Notes: generated by a model not told the origin, from the sequence alone. 63,999 nucleotides of DNA, filler included, from Ionaspis alba (GCA_964255285.1; 14 parts of 14 records of this genome joined end to end with filler, not necessarily neighbours in it); one strand, 5' to 3'; positions 51,791 to 63,999 are shown, numbered from the whole stretch's first letter. Made by a program: numbers and translations.

Positions 51791-51855
51791 CCTCCACTTA
51801 ACGCTTCTCTGGTGCCAACCTTCTGCTATGTAGAGTGGCACAAAACTCTTGCAAC

Positions 51856-53398
51856 ATGCCTCCTATCACTCGCTTCATCAACGCACAAATCTGCCTCCAC
51901 GGGGAATTGGAGAATTTCGACCTCTGTGTGGATTTAGATACTGGATTGATTGTTGACGGGGACGCGGAGAGTTCCTCTACACATGATCTCCATGGATATA
52001 TCATAGCGCCAGCGTTTTTGGAACTGCAGACTAATGGGTGTGCGGGGTTTCACTTCACACACTTTGAAGATGCGGAGTCGTATCAGAGGAATCTGTTGAA
52101 GGTAGCGCAGTATTTGGTCTCTACTGGGGTGGGGAGCTTTTGGGCTACGGTTCCTACTGTTAGCTCGGAGGTTTTCAAGAAAGTGAGTGGTGGGATTGGA
52201 CTTCGAAGTGTCAAGTTCCTTGCTTATCCAGTTGGCATTCATTTGTGACGCTCTATCGTTTCAATGCTGTTGAAATTACCATCAAGGAACTGTGTACTAG
52301 CTTGCTTGTTCTGTTCGAACGTATAAACTCTCTTGTTCACTTGTGTTGCAGTCTTGCGATTTGTTATCGATGTGGAAGAGCTGCGTATTGTTTCTAATAC
52401 TTGTCATCCGGAATACAAGCTTGGCCCGGCAGCCCCTTCACAGCTCTCATACGCTTTGGGTAGGGGATTTCTAATTCTCAAGGCTTCCTAGGTCCTACCT
52501 CAACTAAGACCGCGGACTTTCCCCTCCGGAGCCGAACTCCTGGGAGCGCATTGCGAAGGTCCATGGCTGAACCCCGAAAAGAAGGGTGCACACGGTACGG
52601 TCCAGCCTTTCCGACGTTGTTGGTACAGCCATGCTGAAGCACGTAGATGCCAGCCTCATGCGAATTCCCGAGACGACCTCCATCGAAGAGATCTTTGGCC
52701 AAGCCGACCCTTCACTCATGATCAAGATGGTTACAATAGCTCCCGAACTAGCCGGCTCTTCTCAGTTGATCGAAATACTCGCCAAGGACCACGACATCGT
52801 GGTCTCCCTAGGTCATTCAGCCGCAAGTTATGACACTGGCATGGAAGCATTATCCGCCGGAGCTAAAGCCCTCACACACGTCTGGAACGCAATGAATCCA
52901 ATGAACCACCGTAATCCCAGCTTGGTCAGTCTCATCGCATCGCCAAAAGCGCCTTACTTCTCTATCATCCCGGACGGGATACATCTGCATCTGGCAACGG
53001 TGGCTACGGCTTTTAGATCCAACCCAGAGAAGTGCATCCTGATCACTGATTCTATTGAGATGGCCGGACTGCCTGACGGCTTGTATCCGGGACATGCACA
53101 GATTCCACACCAGCAGAGGAAGATTGGGAATAAGGTCACTATTGAGGGAACGGATACGCTTATCGGGAGCTGTGTTGGACTCGATGAATGTGTGCGTAAC
53201 TTATGTGCATTTACGGGATGTAGTTTAGCGGAGGCTGTGCGGTGCGTAACGGAGAATGTGGCGAATCTGATGGGGTTGCACGATAGAGGGAGTTTAGAAC
53301 ACGGGAGGAGGGCGGATTTTGTCGTGTTAGATGAGGATGGGTTCGTGCAGAATGTTTTTCTTGGGGGACACAAGGTTTTGAGGAAGAATATAGATTAG
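51856..53398 (+). CDS. N-acetylglucosamine-6-phosphate deacetylase
   Basis: IIAPAFLELQTNGCAG, GAHCEGPWLNPEKKGAH, MVTIAPE, VSLGHSAA, THVWNAM, IPDGIH, LITDS and GRRADFVVL. Introns at 52183-52491 and about 52595-52647. Confidence 0.93.
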
Positions 53399-53614
53399 AG
53401 CGGGCTTTAGGCATCACATATGCAGAGTTCTATGACGGCCTACGGCAGAATGAATTTATGTTTAAGACTAGAAATTTTCTTCCACGCACTACATCTATGA
53501 TTGCATATTCTGTATGGTAGTATATTTATTCCACCCAATTATTTTCTCTAAAGCATTTCCCATATATATTGTCACTCATCCTCACAAGACCCTCCTATCA
53601 TCTCTCTTATCACC

Positions 53615-55564
53615 TCATCCACCACGCTCAGCTCTGAGCCTATCATACCTCAACACCGCCCCCATCAGCACCTGGCTCCCATTCGCACAATCCTCCGGAC
53701 TCGAATACTCCGAGGGATGATGGCTGACTCCATCCCTACAAGGCACAAAGATCATCGAAGTCGGCACTCGCTGGCTCGTAAAGACGCTATCATGCCCTAG
53801 GTCTCCCATATCAGCACACGTTCACCCGTTTACGGTCCTCTGCGTTAATTCAACAACAGAACCACTCACCAGCGCCCGAAACCATTGAGGCCGTCAACTC
53901 CCCGACCTTCTCCCCAAACGAGCTCTCACAACTCTGCTGCACACACTCAATGCAGTCATCGTGGAAGCGCACAGCTTTACTCGGCGCATCCAACCTCCAC
54001 TTCACCTGACACCCCTCATTCCTCACCACCTCCTCAAACACTTCTTTCATCTTCTCCTCCATCTTCAGCAATCTCTCATCCTCGCCGGATCGGACATCAA
54101 GACTAAACACCACCTCTCCTGGAACCGTGTTCACGCTCCCTGGCTTGAGAGTCAAGATACCAGTGCTGGCAAGGGATTCGTGCGCAACCGCAATGTCGTG
54201 GGAAGCAGTAATGAGTCTCGCAGTCGTGAGCAACGCATCAGCACGGTGCGCGAAAGCCGTCGTGCCGGTGTGGGAGGCGCGGCCACGGACGGTGAGGGTG
54301 TGCCAGCGGTAAGCTTGGACCTATATCCCACCAAACCATCCATTAGCTTGGCCGTACCCAAAAAGCCTTAGGACTTGCTTACGCCTTTAACGATCCCAAT
54401 TTTCTGCCCATTCGCCTCCAACTGCGGTCCTTGCTCAATATGCAGCTCAAAGTGCGCAGCTATAGGCATAGCCTCGTAGCTTGCGGGCATGTCGCCCAGA
54501 TAGCCGATACGAGAGAGCTCGTCTTTCATGGCGCGGGTGCCGCTGCCGACTTCTTGGAGGGAGTGGGCGCGAGAGAGGGGGATGGCGCCCGCCCAGACGC
54601 CGGAGGAGACCATGCTGATGGGAAAGCGGGCGCCTTCTTCACTTCGGTCGATTAGAGATTGGATGTCAAGGGATGGATATGGGTATGGAGTTTCAGACTT
54701 ACTTGGTCCAGTTGATGACACCGACAGGGTATTCGGTTTCGATTTTCGAGTCCGCGAGGACGCGGAGCATTTCTACGCCGGCGCAGACGCCGAGGATGCC
54801 GTCCTGGTTCGTAATAAGCTCTTCCTCACTCTTATAATCATTGTGAGTTTCGTACATAGCGACCTCCAGCCGGCTGGGTGTCCAGATGCGAGCCTGCGCA
54901 GGTTGGAGGACCTGACTTGCGTCCAGGGCGGACGGCAAAGGTGTTGCCCATTGCGTCGATGGTCACGTTGCAGCCTAGAGACTTGGTTGTGTCTACAAAC
55001 CAGTCTCGAGCTTCGTGGTCGGCGTCGGAGAGGGAGAGACGTGACATGCCCGTGTCGGTTTCGCCGCTTTGCAAAGGGAATTATCAGAGAGGGTTTTTGA
55101 TGGTGGGCAGTGTAGCAGAGCTAACTTGAATTATGGATGCAGCGGCTCTTCCGAACATAATGCTCAACCAAAATTGAGTTGTTATTAGCAAAAGCAAGAG
55201 CGTCGTCAAAATCTTCGTGTATTCACTATCTAGTCCATAGGAAAGAAATGCAAGCTGGAGAACGAATAGCAGCCTTGGTATGAGAGGTAGACATTTATTG
55301 CAAATAAAAGCAGAAATGAGAGACATACTCTCCCCATCTCTCTCCTTTACCCCATTGACAGGTATGGTGGATATCGTTCCATAATCTATCTTGATTGACC
55401 TTGAGATCTGAAAGTGGAGAAGAAGAGGGGTTTGCCAGAGCATATCTTGTAGTATTGGAGAAAGATCTTGGACCTGACAATCTTGGATTGACTCTGCTAA
55501 TACATTTGTAGGGCTTAAAAAACCGTACTGGAATAGAAAAGAGAAACGACAGCTTGGTAGACAT
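53615..55564 (-). CDS. PYD3: Beta-alanine synthase / N-carbamoyl-amino-acid hydrolase (M20 family)
   Basis: GMSRLSLSD, DAMGNTFA, GSHLDTQPAGGRY|DGILGV, NWT|EEGARFP, HFELHIEQGP, HTGTT, SGA|GHDS and SHHPSEYS. Several introns, the first at 55067-55328. Confidence 0.88.
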
Positions 55565-56243
55565 GTTTGGAGAGTATTGGGAGTACCCCTCTGCAGATCA
55601 TTGGAGCAAACGTTGATATGATGCACAAGAATTATGCTTCGAATCTATGCTGGAGCACAACTTGCATATGCCGCTTTGTCCACTAACCAGATTACCAAAT
55701 CACATCCAATCACAATGAGGGTAATATGCGCCGATTGNNNNNNNNNNNNNNNNNNNNNNNNNNNNNNNNNNNNNNNNNNNNTTAATTAATTAANNNNNNN
55801 NNNNNNNNNNNNNNNNNNNNNNNNNNNNNNNNNNNNNGAACCGAGCCGAAATCCTTGTCCCCGGCAGAATCGTCCCGGCACCACTATCGCGAAAGGAGAA
55901 CCGTTAGTCCTAGCCACCAAATCGTTCCAACATTCTTCTTCATCGTTGCAAGTGGCAATCATCCTCTTCGATAAGAGAAACTTCACTTCGAGTCTGTACG
56001 CTGGTACTCTGTACCAATTACGCTCGTTAGCAGCGAAGTGCTTATCCCAGCTGAGAGAGGGAAGGATCAGGCTCTGGCGGCAAGCTGCGGACGATCAGGA
56101 GTGATCCATTCTGCACCTCCCCCAAAAGAGCGATTGCTCCCTACTCCACTTCTTCAACGTCTTTCAACGCCAAGTATCAATGTTATTTAGATAACATCAA
56201 TTCCACTGCATTCTCAGGTCGGACTTCACTGTCCACAAGCACA

Positions 56244-58545
56244 ATGCATGCAGACTTTCGGATGGCTTTTCTGAGGCTCCTTGTCCTCGTCAATGCGATA
56301 AGCTTCGCGTCAGCCTTTTACATACCAGGTAAGCTCCTTCAGAGCACAGAGAGCAATTGGGCGAACCTTTACCAAATCATGTATTGATGTGACCCTAGGC
56401 TACTCCATCAAAAGCTACGAAGATGACGAACCTGTTCCCCTCCACGTCAACAAAGTCTACTCCGATAATACCCAAATCCAATTCGCCTACTACGACCTCC
56501 CCTTCGTATGCCCGCCAACCGGAAAAAAACATGCTGGATTTGCCAGTGGACGAAGTGTCTCCCTCAACCTCGGAGAGGTCCTTCGGGGCGATCGTATCAT
56601 GACCTCGGATTACGACCTTGTCATGGGTCAAGATCAAGAATGCCGATACCTCTGCAGTCACGAGACGGATCGTGCCGGAGTCAAAAGAGCTCAACAATTG
56701 GTTGAGGATGGTTACGTGGCAGAATGGATTGTCGACAACCTCCCCGGAGCCACAAGTTTCGTCTCGATTGACAAGACACAGAAGTATTACGCGGCAGGTT
56801 TCAAGATTGGCTACAAGGATTTCTCCCCAGCCACGGGCAAGCCAAGATTTTTCATCAACAACCACCTCACCCTCGTCCTTCGCTGGCGACCAGCACCTGG
56901 CAAAGCCGGTGCTCGTGGCGAGAAAGTCATCGTCGGTTTTGAAGTGTACACTAAGAGCGTGGGAGCTGGAGATAGGAACGATACGGGATGTCCCCGAGAT
57001 ATCCGGAATGTCAATCAAGGCATGGAGCTCTACATCGCACCCAATAACACGAACTTCGCAACCAAATACCCTTTTTCGTCATACCTCCCCGAACAAGACG
57101 ACTCTGACGACGGCTCCACCATTACGATTCCTTACTCCTACTCCGTCTACTTCCGTGAAGACACCCGCGTGGAATGGGCGAATAGATGGGACATGTACTT
57201 CAACAACCAAGAAGAGAGCTCGCGCATCCACTGGCTCGCGATCATCAACTCCCTCGTTATCGCCGGCCTTCTGACCACCGTGGTTGTCATGATCTGGAAG
57301 CGGGCGATCTATGGGGATGTCAAGACCTCGCGGGATGGGGCTATGGAAGAAGGCAAAGGCAGACTCAGGCGCAAGAAAACCAGAACCGGATCTAGGTCGC
57401 CGCGGGAAAAAGGCAGTGGCTTGCTCGAGCAGACCGGACGCGTGAATCTGGATGATGATCTTTCCTCGGATGAAGAGTCGATTGAGGATATCACGGGATG
57501 GAAGTTACTGCATGGGGATGTCTTTCGGACTCCGGCTTATGCGGGACTTCTTGCTCCGCTTGTAGGGTCGGGTATGCAGCTTGTCTTTATGGCGACGGGC
57601 CTGCTCATCTTGAGCGCTCTGGGGATCCTGAATCCTAGCTTCCGGGGTGGTTTCGTGAGCGTGGGGATGGGATTGTTTGTGTTTGCAGGTCTTTTGTCAG
57701 GGTACTTCTCGGGTCGGGTGTATAAGACTTTTAACGGGTTGAGTTGGCGGAAGAATACTTTGATGGTGAGTTGATCTAAGAGAAGGGCAATGAGTGGAAT
57801 GTGCTGATTTTTGCTGAGACGGCACTCCTCTTCCCTGGCCTACTCTTTTCAACGATGTTTATCCTCAACCTTTTCGTCTGGGCTCAAGCCTCTAGCACCG
57901 CTTTACCATTCGGTACCCTCATCGGACTCATTGCCCTCTGGCTCCTAATCCAAGTTCCTCTCGTCTATGCTGGAAGCTGGGTCGGTTATCACCGAAGTCA
58001 GCCATGGGATCATCCTACCAAAACCAATAGTATTGCTCGACAGATTCCAGAACAAACGTGGTATCTCAAAAGTGCCTATACAGTCCTTCTCGCGGGCTTG
58101 GTTCCGTTTGCAGTCATCTTCATCGAGCTGCTGTTCGTTTTCCGGAGCTTGTGGCAGGACAAGAGTGGATACTACTATGTCTTTGGGTTCTTGAGTATTG
58201 TTAGTCTTGTCCTCATTGTGACGGTCATTGAGGTGACTATTGTTGCGACATATGTGCAACTCTGCGCTGAAGTGAACACCCTTTTCCCAAGATTTGATGA
58301 ACCTGTGCTGACTCGATGATAGAATTACCATTGGTGGTGGCAATCGTTCTTCATCGGAGGCGGAAGCGCCTTCTGGATCTTCCTCTACTGCGCCTATTAC
58401 TATTTCACCAAACTCAACATCCAGGGCTTTATTTCGGGTATACTGTTTTTTAGCTACAGTCTCCTGGCCTGCGCTGTGTATGGCCTGCTCACCGGGACTG
58501 TGGGCTTTCTTACTGCATATGCATTTGTTCGGCGTATATACGGGT
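56244..58545 (+). CDS. TMN3: Transmembrane 9 superfamily (nonaspanin) protein, Tmn3-like; last codons fall in the N gap
   Basis: Signal peptide then FYIPG. Motifs VNKVYSDNTQIQFAYYDLPFVCPPT, IHWLAIINS, GWKLLHGDVFR and QLCAE|NYHWWW. Three introns. Confidence 0.88.
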
Positions 58546-59392
58546 NNNNNNNNNNNNNNNNNNNNNNNNNNNNNNNNNNNNNNNNNNNNNNNNNNNNNNN
58601 NNNNNNNNNNNNNNNNNNNNNNNNNNNNNNNNNNNNNNNNNNNNNAGGTCACGGGCAAGACCTGTCGTTAGGAATAACTTTCGGCTGCACAGTGGGTCTG
58701 GACTGTTAGGGCGATTATGTGCCTTGGATTTTTTGGGGCTAAGTGTTGGGATGTATGTATATTTTTGAAGAGATGATTGTTGATCCACTTCTGAGGTATC
58801 AGAAAATTTGAAGGTACCTTGTGCTGGGAAATGATCACTGAAGGCACCGATGTGATGGAATTGACGAATCACTGACGAGAAGAGATGCGACCGTCGATTA
58901 TTCAGCTGCATGTGCCCAGTAGGGTGCCATGGTTCTCAATGGCGTCACAAGCAGTAGCTGCCAGCTATTCGCTGATTACACGACCAGTTGGTGGGGTCTA
59001 TCCTTGCCGCCATTCGAGAACGTGCTTCAGTACATATGATGGGCAAGTTGCTTCCGCATTCCGCTTTTGGCGCATCAATGAGTCAGTGTAGCAGTATCAG
59101 GTCTGGTTCCCTACTTGGGGAATTGACAATATAAGAGGATTGCAATGCCCAGTCATATTTCCATTTCTTCGTTCATCCACGTATCAAGTTTGGTCCTTTG
59201 GTTGAGCCTTTGAGGTCAATCACTCCAACTCTCATCGCATTGACGTCTCAGAGCCTGAAACCGCCACACCACCATTTTTCTTTATCTTGATTATTACCCC
59301 ACATCCTGTGTACGTGTGGCTACGTGTATCCAACGTCAAGGCATCGAGCCTGTCTCTTCACAAACTTCCATCTCTTCAACATCGCAAGCATC

Positions 59393-60339
59393 ATGCCTTT
59401 CTTTCCCGCAGAAACACTTGGATCCAGACGAGGTAGCATTCCAGGGCTATCGGAGTCACGGGACCGAAGAAGCAGCGATAACGGACCACTTTCGGAATCA
59501 TACGATCGGAGGAGAAGCAGCTTTGCAGGTTTCGTCACCAAGAACAAGCCTGTCATCGACATCACTCTCAACGATGACCAGCAACATGCCTTCGTCCCAT
59601 CCTACACGACGCTGGATAAGATCGAAGGCGTCGTCTCCATCACTCCGCCTTCCGATCTCCTTTTCACCGATATCCAGATCACCTTCCAAGGCACCACGAG
59701 GACGTACGTCGAGAAGATCGCTACAACAGCCCCCACTACCGGCCGGACCCAGGCCTTCCACAATTTCCTCCGCCTCTCCCAGCCACTCTCCGACGACCTC
59801 CTCCCCGAAAACAACATCCTCAAAGCCGGTCAGACCTACCGCATCCCCTTCAACTTCGTCGTCCCCGAAAGCCTCCTCCCGCAAGCCTGCACCCACGGCA
59901 AAGAAAACGACCAAATCCTCCCCGCCCACCTCGCGCTTCCTCCTAGCCTAGGCGATCCCATGCTAGCCTGCGGCAACACGCTGATCAATGACCTTGCCCC
60001 AGACATGACACTGATCTCCTACTTCCTACGCGTATCCATCACGCGGACCTCCGGGTGTCCAAAGCAGAAAACTGTCCCAGTTGCCACAACCCAAAAGAAA
60101 ATCCGCATCATTCCCTTCGTACCCGAAGCGCCACCTCTCCCACCTACCCCCTCTTACTCCCTCACCAAAACCAAAAAGCTCAAGAAGGGCCTCTTCAAAG
60201 GCCCTCTCGGCACTCTCAATCTCTCCGCCATCCAACCCAAACCCCTCCGCCTCCCAGCCCTGCGTTCCAATCCCGCAGACCGCGAACCTATAGCCACAGT
60301 CGCCACTCTACACCTCCGTTTCGACCCCGCTACCGCAGC
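59393..60339 (+). CDS. Arrestin/Bul1-like ubiquitin-ligase adaptor, N-terminal part (3' truncated)
   Basis: SYTTLDKIEGVVSIT, IQITFQG, YRIPFNFVVP, HLALPPSLGD and DLAPDM..ISY. Confidence 0.75.
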
Positions 60340-61103
60340 NNNNNNNNNNNNNNNNNNNNNNNNNNNNNNNNNNNNNNNNNNNNTTAATTAATTAANNNNN
60401 NNNNNNNNNNNNNNNNNNNNNNNNNNNNNNNNNNNNNNNCTTGAAGCTGGAGTAAGTACCTAAGGCTGTATCTCATGAAATTTCCGCTAAGAAAGTGTTT
60501 CAGTTTTTGCTCTTCGCATTCTTCTCCTTCAAGAAGATCTGCTGGAAACACCACTCACAGGACTTGGAGAAGTTCATGGTTTGTACTCCTAAAGCAATAT
60601 CACAAGCTATTATCTACCATAATGCGTCTTGCTTTTTAAGGACGTCGTGGCTAGACTCTCCCGTTCATGACCATGCTAGTCTCTCTGTGGTTTCAGACGA
60701 GATCTTGAGATAGGGGTGCAGTGGTCGAAACTCCGTGCCGCGTTAGGGCAAGATTGGATCGAGTGCACGTTACATTGACTCCATAATTTCATGCATCTAG
60801 CCGGCTTTCCTCTAGAACTGCACAAATGATATGGAGAAGAGACCTCGTTGTCGAGTGTCGCGTTCTTCTCATCTTTTCGTCGTAAAGGAGGTTCTTCTGC
60901 CATTGCAATCTTTCTTCATCTTTATTTCCTATAACATGACTCTCTCGGTCGTTGTGGTCCATGTTTCATGATCGATTATATGCGACTAGTTGCGCTATTC
61001 TAGCAACGTTGAACCTGTCTGTCGTTATTGCTTCCACTGGGTACGTGCCTTCACAAGATCTCTGGATGCACGACTGACATGCAATTGATAGAACCTGATC
61101 GAA

Positions 61104-61895
61104 ATGTCTGGCACATCTTCCGTTCCCATAACTTCCTTGATGACCGTACCTCCTGGAGTTTCCATTTCGCCTTTACCTCCAGGAGTCTCGCTATTCACCG
61201 TTGCTCCACAACTTACTCTACGTGGGTTTGATACTTGAATCCTTCCCTTCACAAAGCAAGCGCAGTCGGCTGATATCCCTTTTCTAGCGGACCCTTTCAA
61301 TTCCTTCCCTTCAATCGACCCATTCACAACCGTTGTTCAGAATCCAGTGGTTTCAGTAGTCACCGCCACTCAGGGAAGCCCGAGTTTTGTTACTGTTACG
61401 GTAATCGCACCTTCTGCACCAACTCTGGTCCTTTCATCAGCACCATCATCTGCCGCAACACTGTCATCTGCAGCGACACCATTTACAACCGTCCCGTCCT
61501 CCACCGCAACTCCTACATCATCTCCGCCCCAGAATGCAGATTCGACAGCAAAGAACATCGGAATTGGCGTTGGCATCTCCGTCGGAGTCTTCCTCTTAGC
61601 CCTTATTGCACTACTAGTCTATCGATCTCGCCGGAAGCGACGACAGGCAATGAACCGTGAAAGACTTGCCGATCATGAACCTGCTGAAGACGTCGGCTAC
61701 ACTGGGCCAGTCAAACAAAGCGAAGCGGCTGAAATGGCAGAATACAATCCCGATGCCCTCGGTGGAATGCCAGAACTAAGTCAAAATGCTAAACCGCCAG
61801 CGAAGTACTTCGGGCATGCGCCGGGAATGCATGAGATGTCGGCCAATGTGGAGTCGCGCAAGTTTCTGAGTGAATTGCCCGGTTCGCGACAGTAG
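61104..61895 (+). CDS. Ser/Thr-rich single-pass membrane protein (Mid2/Wsc-like topology, no signal peptide)
   Basis: MSGTSSVPITS..., intron at about 61222-61287, then an S/T/P stalk. TM segment IGIGVGISVGVFLLALIALLV followed by RSRRKRR and a tail with repeated EL/EM motifs. Confidence 0.6.
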
Positions 61896-62714
61896 AGGGG
61901 ACTTAGGGATGTATTTACTTTCTGTATCATGCGTTTATGATAGATGTATTTATTCGATCAAAGAACACCTACCAAGCTTTAAGAGGGAATCGAGTCGGCT
62001 CGAGGAGGTAGCTGCGTATTGCGAATAGCCTACAAACGCATTTGGATTCAAGTCATATGGTGGAGACATCAAAGGCACTCGACGGAGGTTCTGTGAGTCC
62101 AGGTTCTACATGTCAGGGAAGCAAAAGAGGAAGGCACATTGTCGTAAAACAGCAATCAGAATATATCAATGCCTCTACCGTTGCAAACGATGCTGAATGT
62201 CCCCTCTATATTTCTTAGCAAGTCCCAACCGTTCTACAAACCCTTTCTCCCTTTATACACCCTCATCTAGTGTACAACACCCGTCAAACCCAACCCAAAC
62301 ATCCAAAAAACCCCTCACCTGTAGGATTTCAGGGGTTTAAATCACGTGGAACGCTACGATTACGTGTATATATAACCTAGACCTTCTATGAATACAATCT
62401 TTAATCCTCTTTTCCTACACTGGTCGCAACAGATAGTTAAAATCTGCCGATAAAGAATTCCGTGGTTATAACCACGACAGCCTTTATAGCGTGTAAAACT
62501 ACGATAATATCCAATTATATATCTTTACGAAAACGTACGATCGATTTGGCGATGTCGACGACGACGATAACGCGTCAAGGTTACCACTCTTTCTAGCAGA
62601 TCGAGATGAGGATGGGCGTAATAAAGGTCAAGGTAGCCCGCGAGCGCTTTTATTAGGGAGGTTCTGCAGCGTCGCTTCCTTATTTTCCTAGAATGTATAC
62701 GGGGCTTTCAGATA

Positions 62715-63999
62715 TCAGGTCTTTCTATTCAAACTCCATCCCACACACAGAATGCGAGCCACTATAAACACCAGCGCTCCGCTTAAGATGGCAGAGCCAG
62801 CAAAAAGCTGCGCGTACCAATAAGTGCCCTCTGCTTGCTTAATCAAGGCACCCGCGATAGGCGGGCCACAAAGACACCCAACTCCGTTCAAAGAAAAAAT
62901 CATCCCAATTTCCACGCCGATTTTTGATGGATCCCGTCCAGCACTTGCAAGCGCGGGCGGGACCATGCTTTGTATATTAGCTGCAATTAAGCCATAGGCG
63001 ACAGCAAATCCCCAAAGGGCCTGTAACGTGTCTATAACGGCCCATAGATAAGTCAGACCGCCAGTCAAAATAACAATTAAAATCAGTGTATTTTGAGGAC
63101 CGAGAAAGCGATCTGCGATCCAGGCGGGAAATATCCGTCCAGGTAAACCGAGTGCATTGATTACAAGCAGAAGATCGAAAGACGTGGACGGTGAAGCATG
63201 AATAATATCTTGAGCGAAAGACGCAATCTAAATAGCGCGTTAAAATGGGCTATGACACTCATACCATGTTAAGGGTAATGGGGAAATAGTAGCTTACATA
63301 GTAGTAGGCAAAATATAATCCAAGCACGACCAAGAACATCCCTAAACTGAACAGGGTATACCAAGGATTCAAAAATGACCCGAATTCTACCAATGGACCT
63401 CTTCTGCGCGGTGTGCCCCTTGGCTTGATCAAGGTAAGAACAATGGCTGCGTTAAACAAGAACACGAAGCCCATAACTCTTACTGTCCACCCGATTCCGA
63501 TACGGTCCAATAGCTGTCGAGCGATGAGAGGAAATACAATTCCACCTGTCGCTGTTCCGCTACTCATCCCGCAGACAGCCATGGCCCGGTTCTTGGTGAA
63601 ATAGGTCGATACTATCGCCATTGTGGGGGTAAAAACAAGGCCGCTGCCGATTCCCTGGCATATTCCCTGAGTGAGTAGAAGCTGCCAGTACTGTGTGCTT
63701 AGCGACGTCATAAAAACGCCGAGGACTTGCGCACTCAGTCCCGTAATTGCGACGTAGCGGTAGTATCCGGCATCTAACGCGCGCCCAGAAAAAGTTCCGA
63801 TAAACATTGTAAGAAAAATTTGAATACCGCCCACTAAAGATATGGCTGATGGAGACTGTTTTAGGGATGTGGTATAGTACACCTGAAAGACACCGAATGA
63901 ATTCACGTAGCCCCATGAATTGAAGGCCACAAGATGACCGGCGAGAACTTGAGACCAGGCCAGTAGTCCGCCATCCGGCGGCTCTGGTAACGCCGTGGA
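62715..63999 (-). CDS. MFS monocarboxylate transporter family (Mch/MCT-like), 5' end outside window
   Basis: PPDGGLLAWSQV..H...FNSWGYVNSFGVFQVYY, FSGRALDAGY, QGICQGIGSGLVFTP and GPPIAGALI. Intron 63228-63297. Confidence 0.9.

Noticed and set aside
53395..53620. Cryptic peroxisomal targeting by stop-codon readthrough in the enzyme genes
   Set aside because: No TGA-CTA readthrough context at the stops I checked (deacetylase, PYD3, bli-4, MTG1, oxidase, APP1).
3055..55564. Apparent nitrogen-scavenging cluster (nucleoside hydrolase, areA, GlcNAc deacetylase, PYD3)
   Set aside because: These lie on different concatenated contigs. Only the deacetylase and PYD3 are truly adjacent.
4605..60439. TTAATTAATTAA repeated every ~4.6 kb, superficially like a regularly spaced element
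   Set aside because: It is an N-flanked six-frame-stop linker between size-sorted contigs, so an assembly artefact.

Overview
This is fungal (filamentous ascomycete, Pezizomycotina) nuclear DNA with GT-AG spliceosomal introns and no prokaryotic features. It is not one locus. It is 14 small contigs/scaffolds of about 4.5-4.6 kb, sorted by decreasing length and joined by artificial 100-nt spacers (44N-TTAATTAATTAA-44N), plus four internal 100-N gaps, so gene neighbourhoods only hold within a contig. Recognisable genes: TMA20, SGT2, a nucleoside hydrolase, a GT1 sterol glucosyltransferase-like gene, a CorA-like membrane protein, SDH3, IMG1, bli-4, APP1, a KSP1-like kinase, a BOR1/HCO3-type transporter, an 8-Cys CFEM-like surface protein, MTG1, BBC1, areA, a WSC-domain copper radical oxidase, a DUF4097-like protein, GlcNAc-6-P deacetylase, beta-alanine synthase, TMN3, an arrestin/Bul1-like protein, a Ser/Thr-rich membrane protein and an MFS transporter. 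There is also a decayed TPR pseudogene and an AT-rich RIP-like relic. The most interesting observations are: (1) an intron in the CFEM-like gene that itself encodes a GPI-like signal, predicting a switch between GPI-anchored and transmembrane isoforms; (2) long introns clamped by RNA stems down to normal intron size; (3) recurrent sharp C-rich to G-rich skew flips independent of gene orientation; (4) a candidate light-response element upstream of bli-4. All assignments come from reading the sequence; no searches were run.
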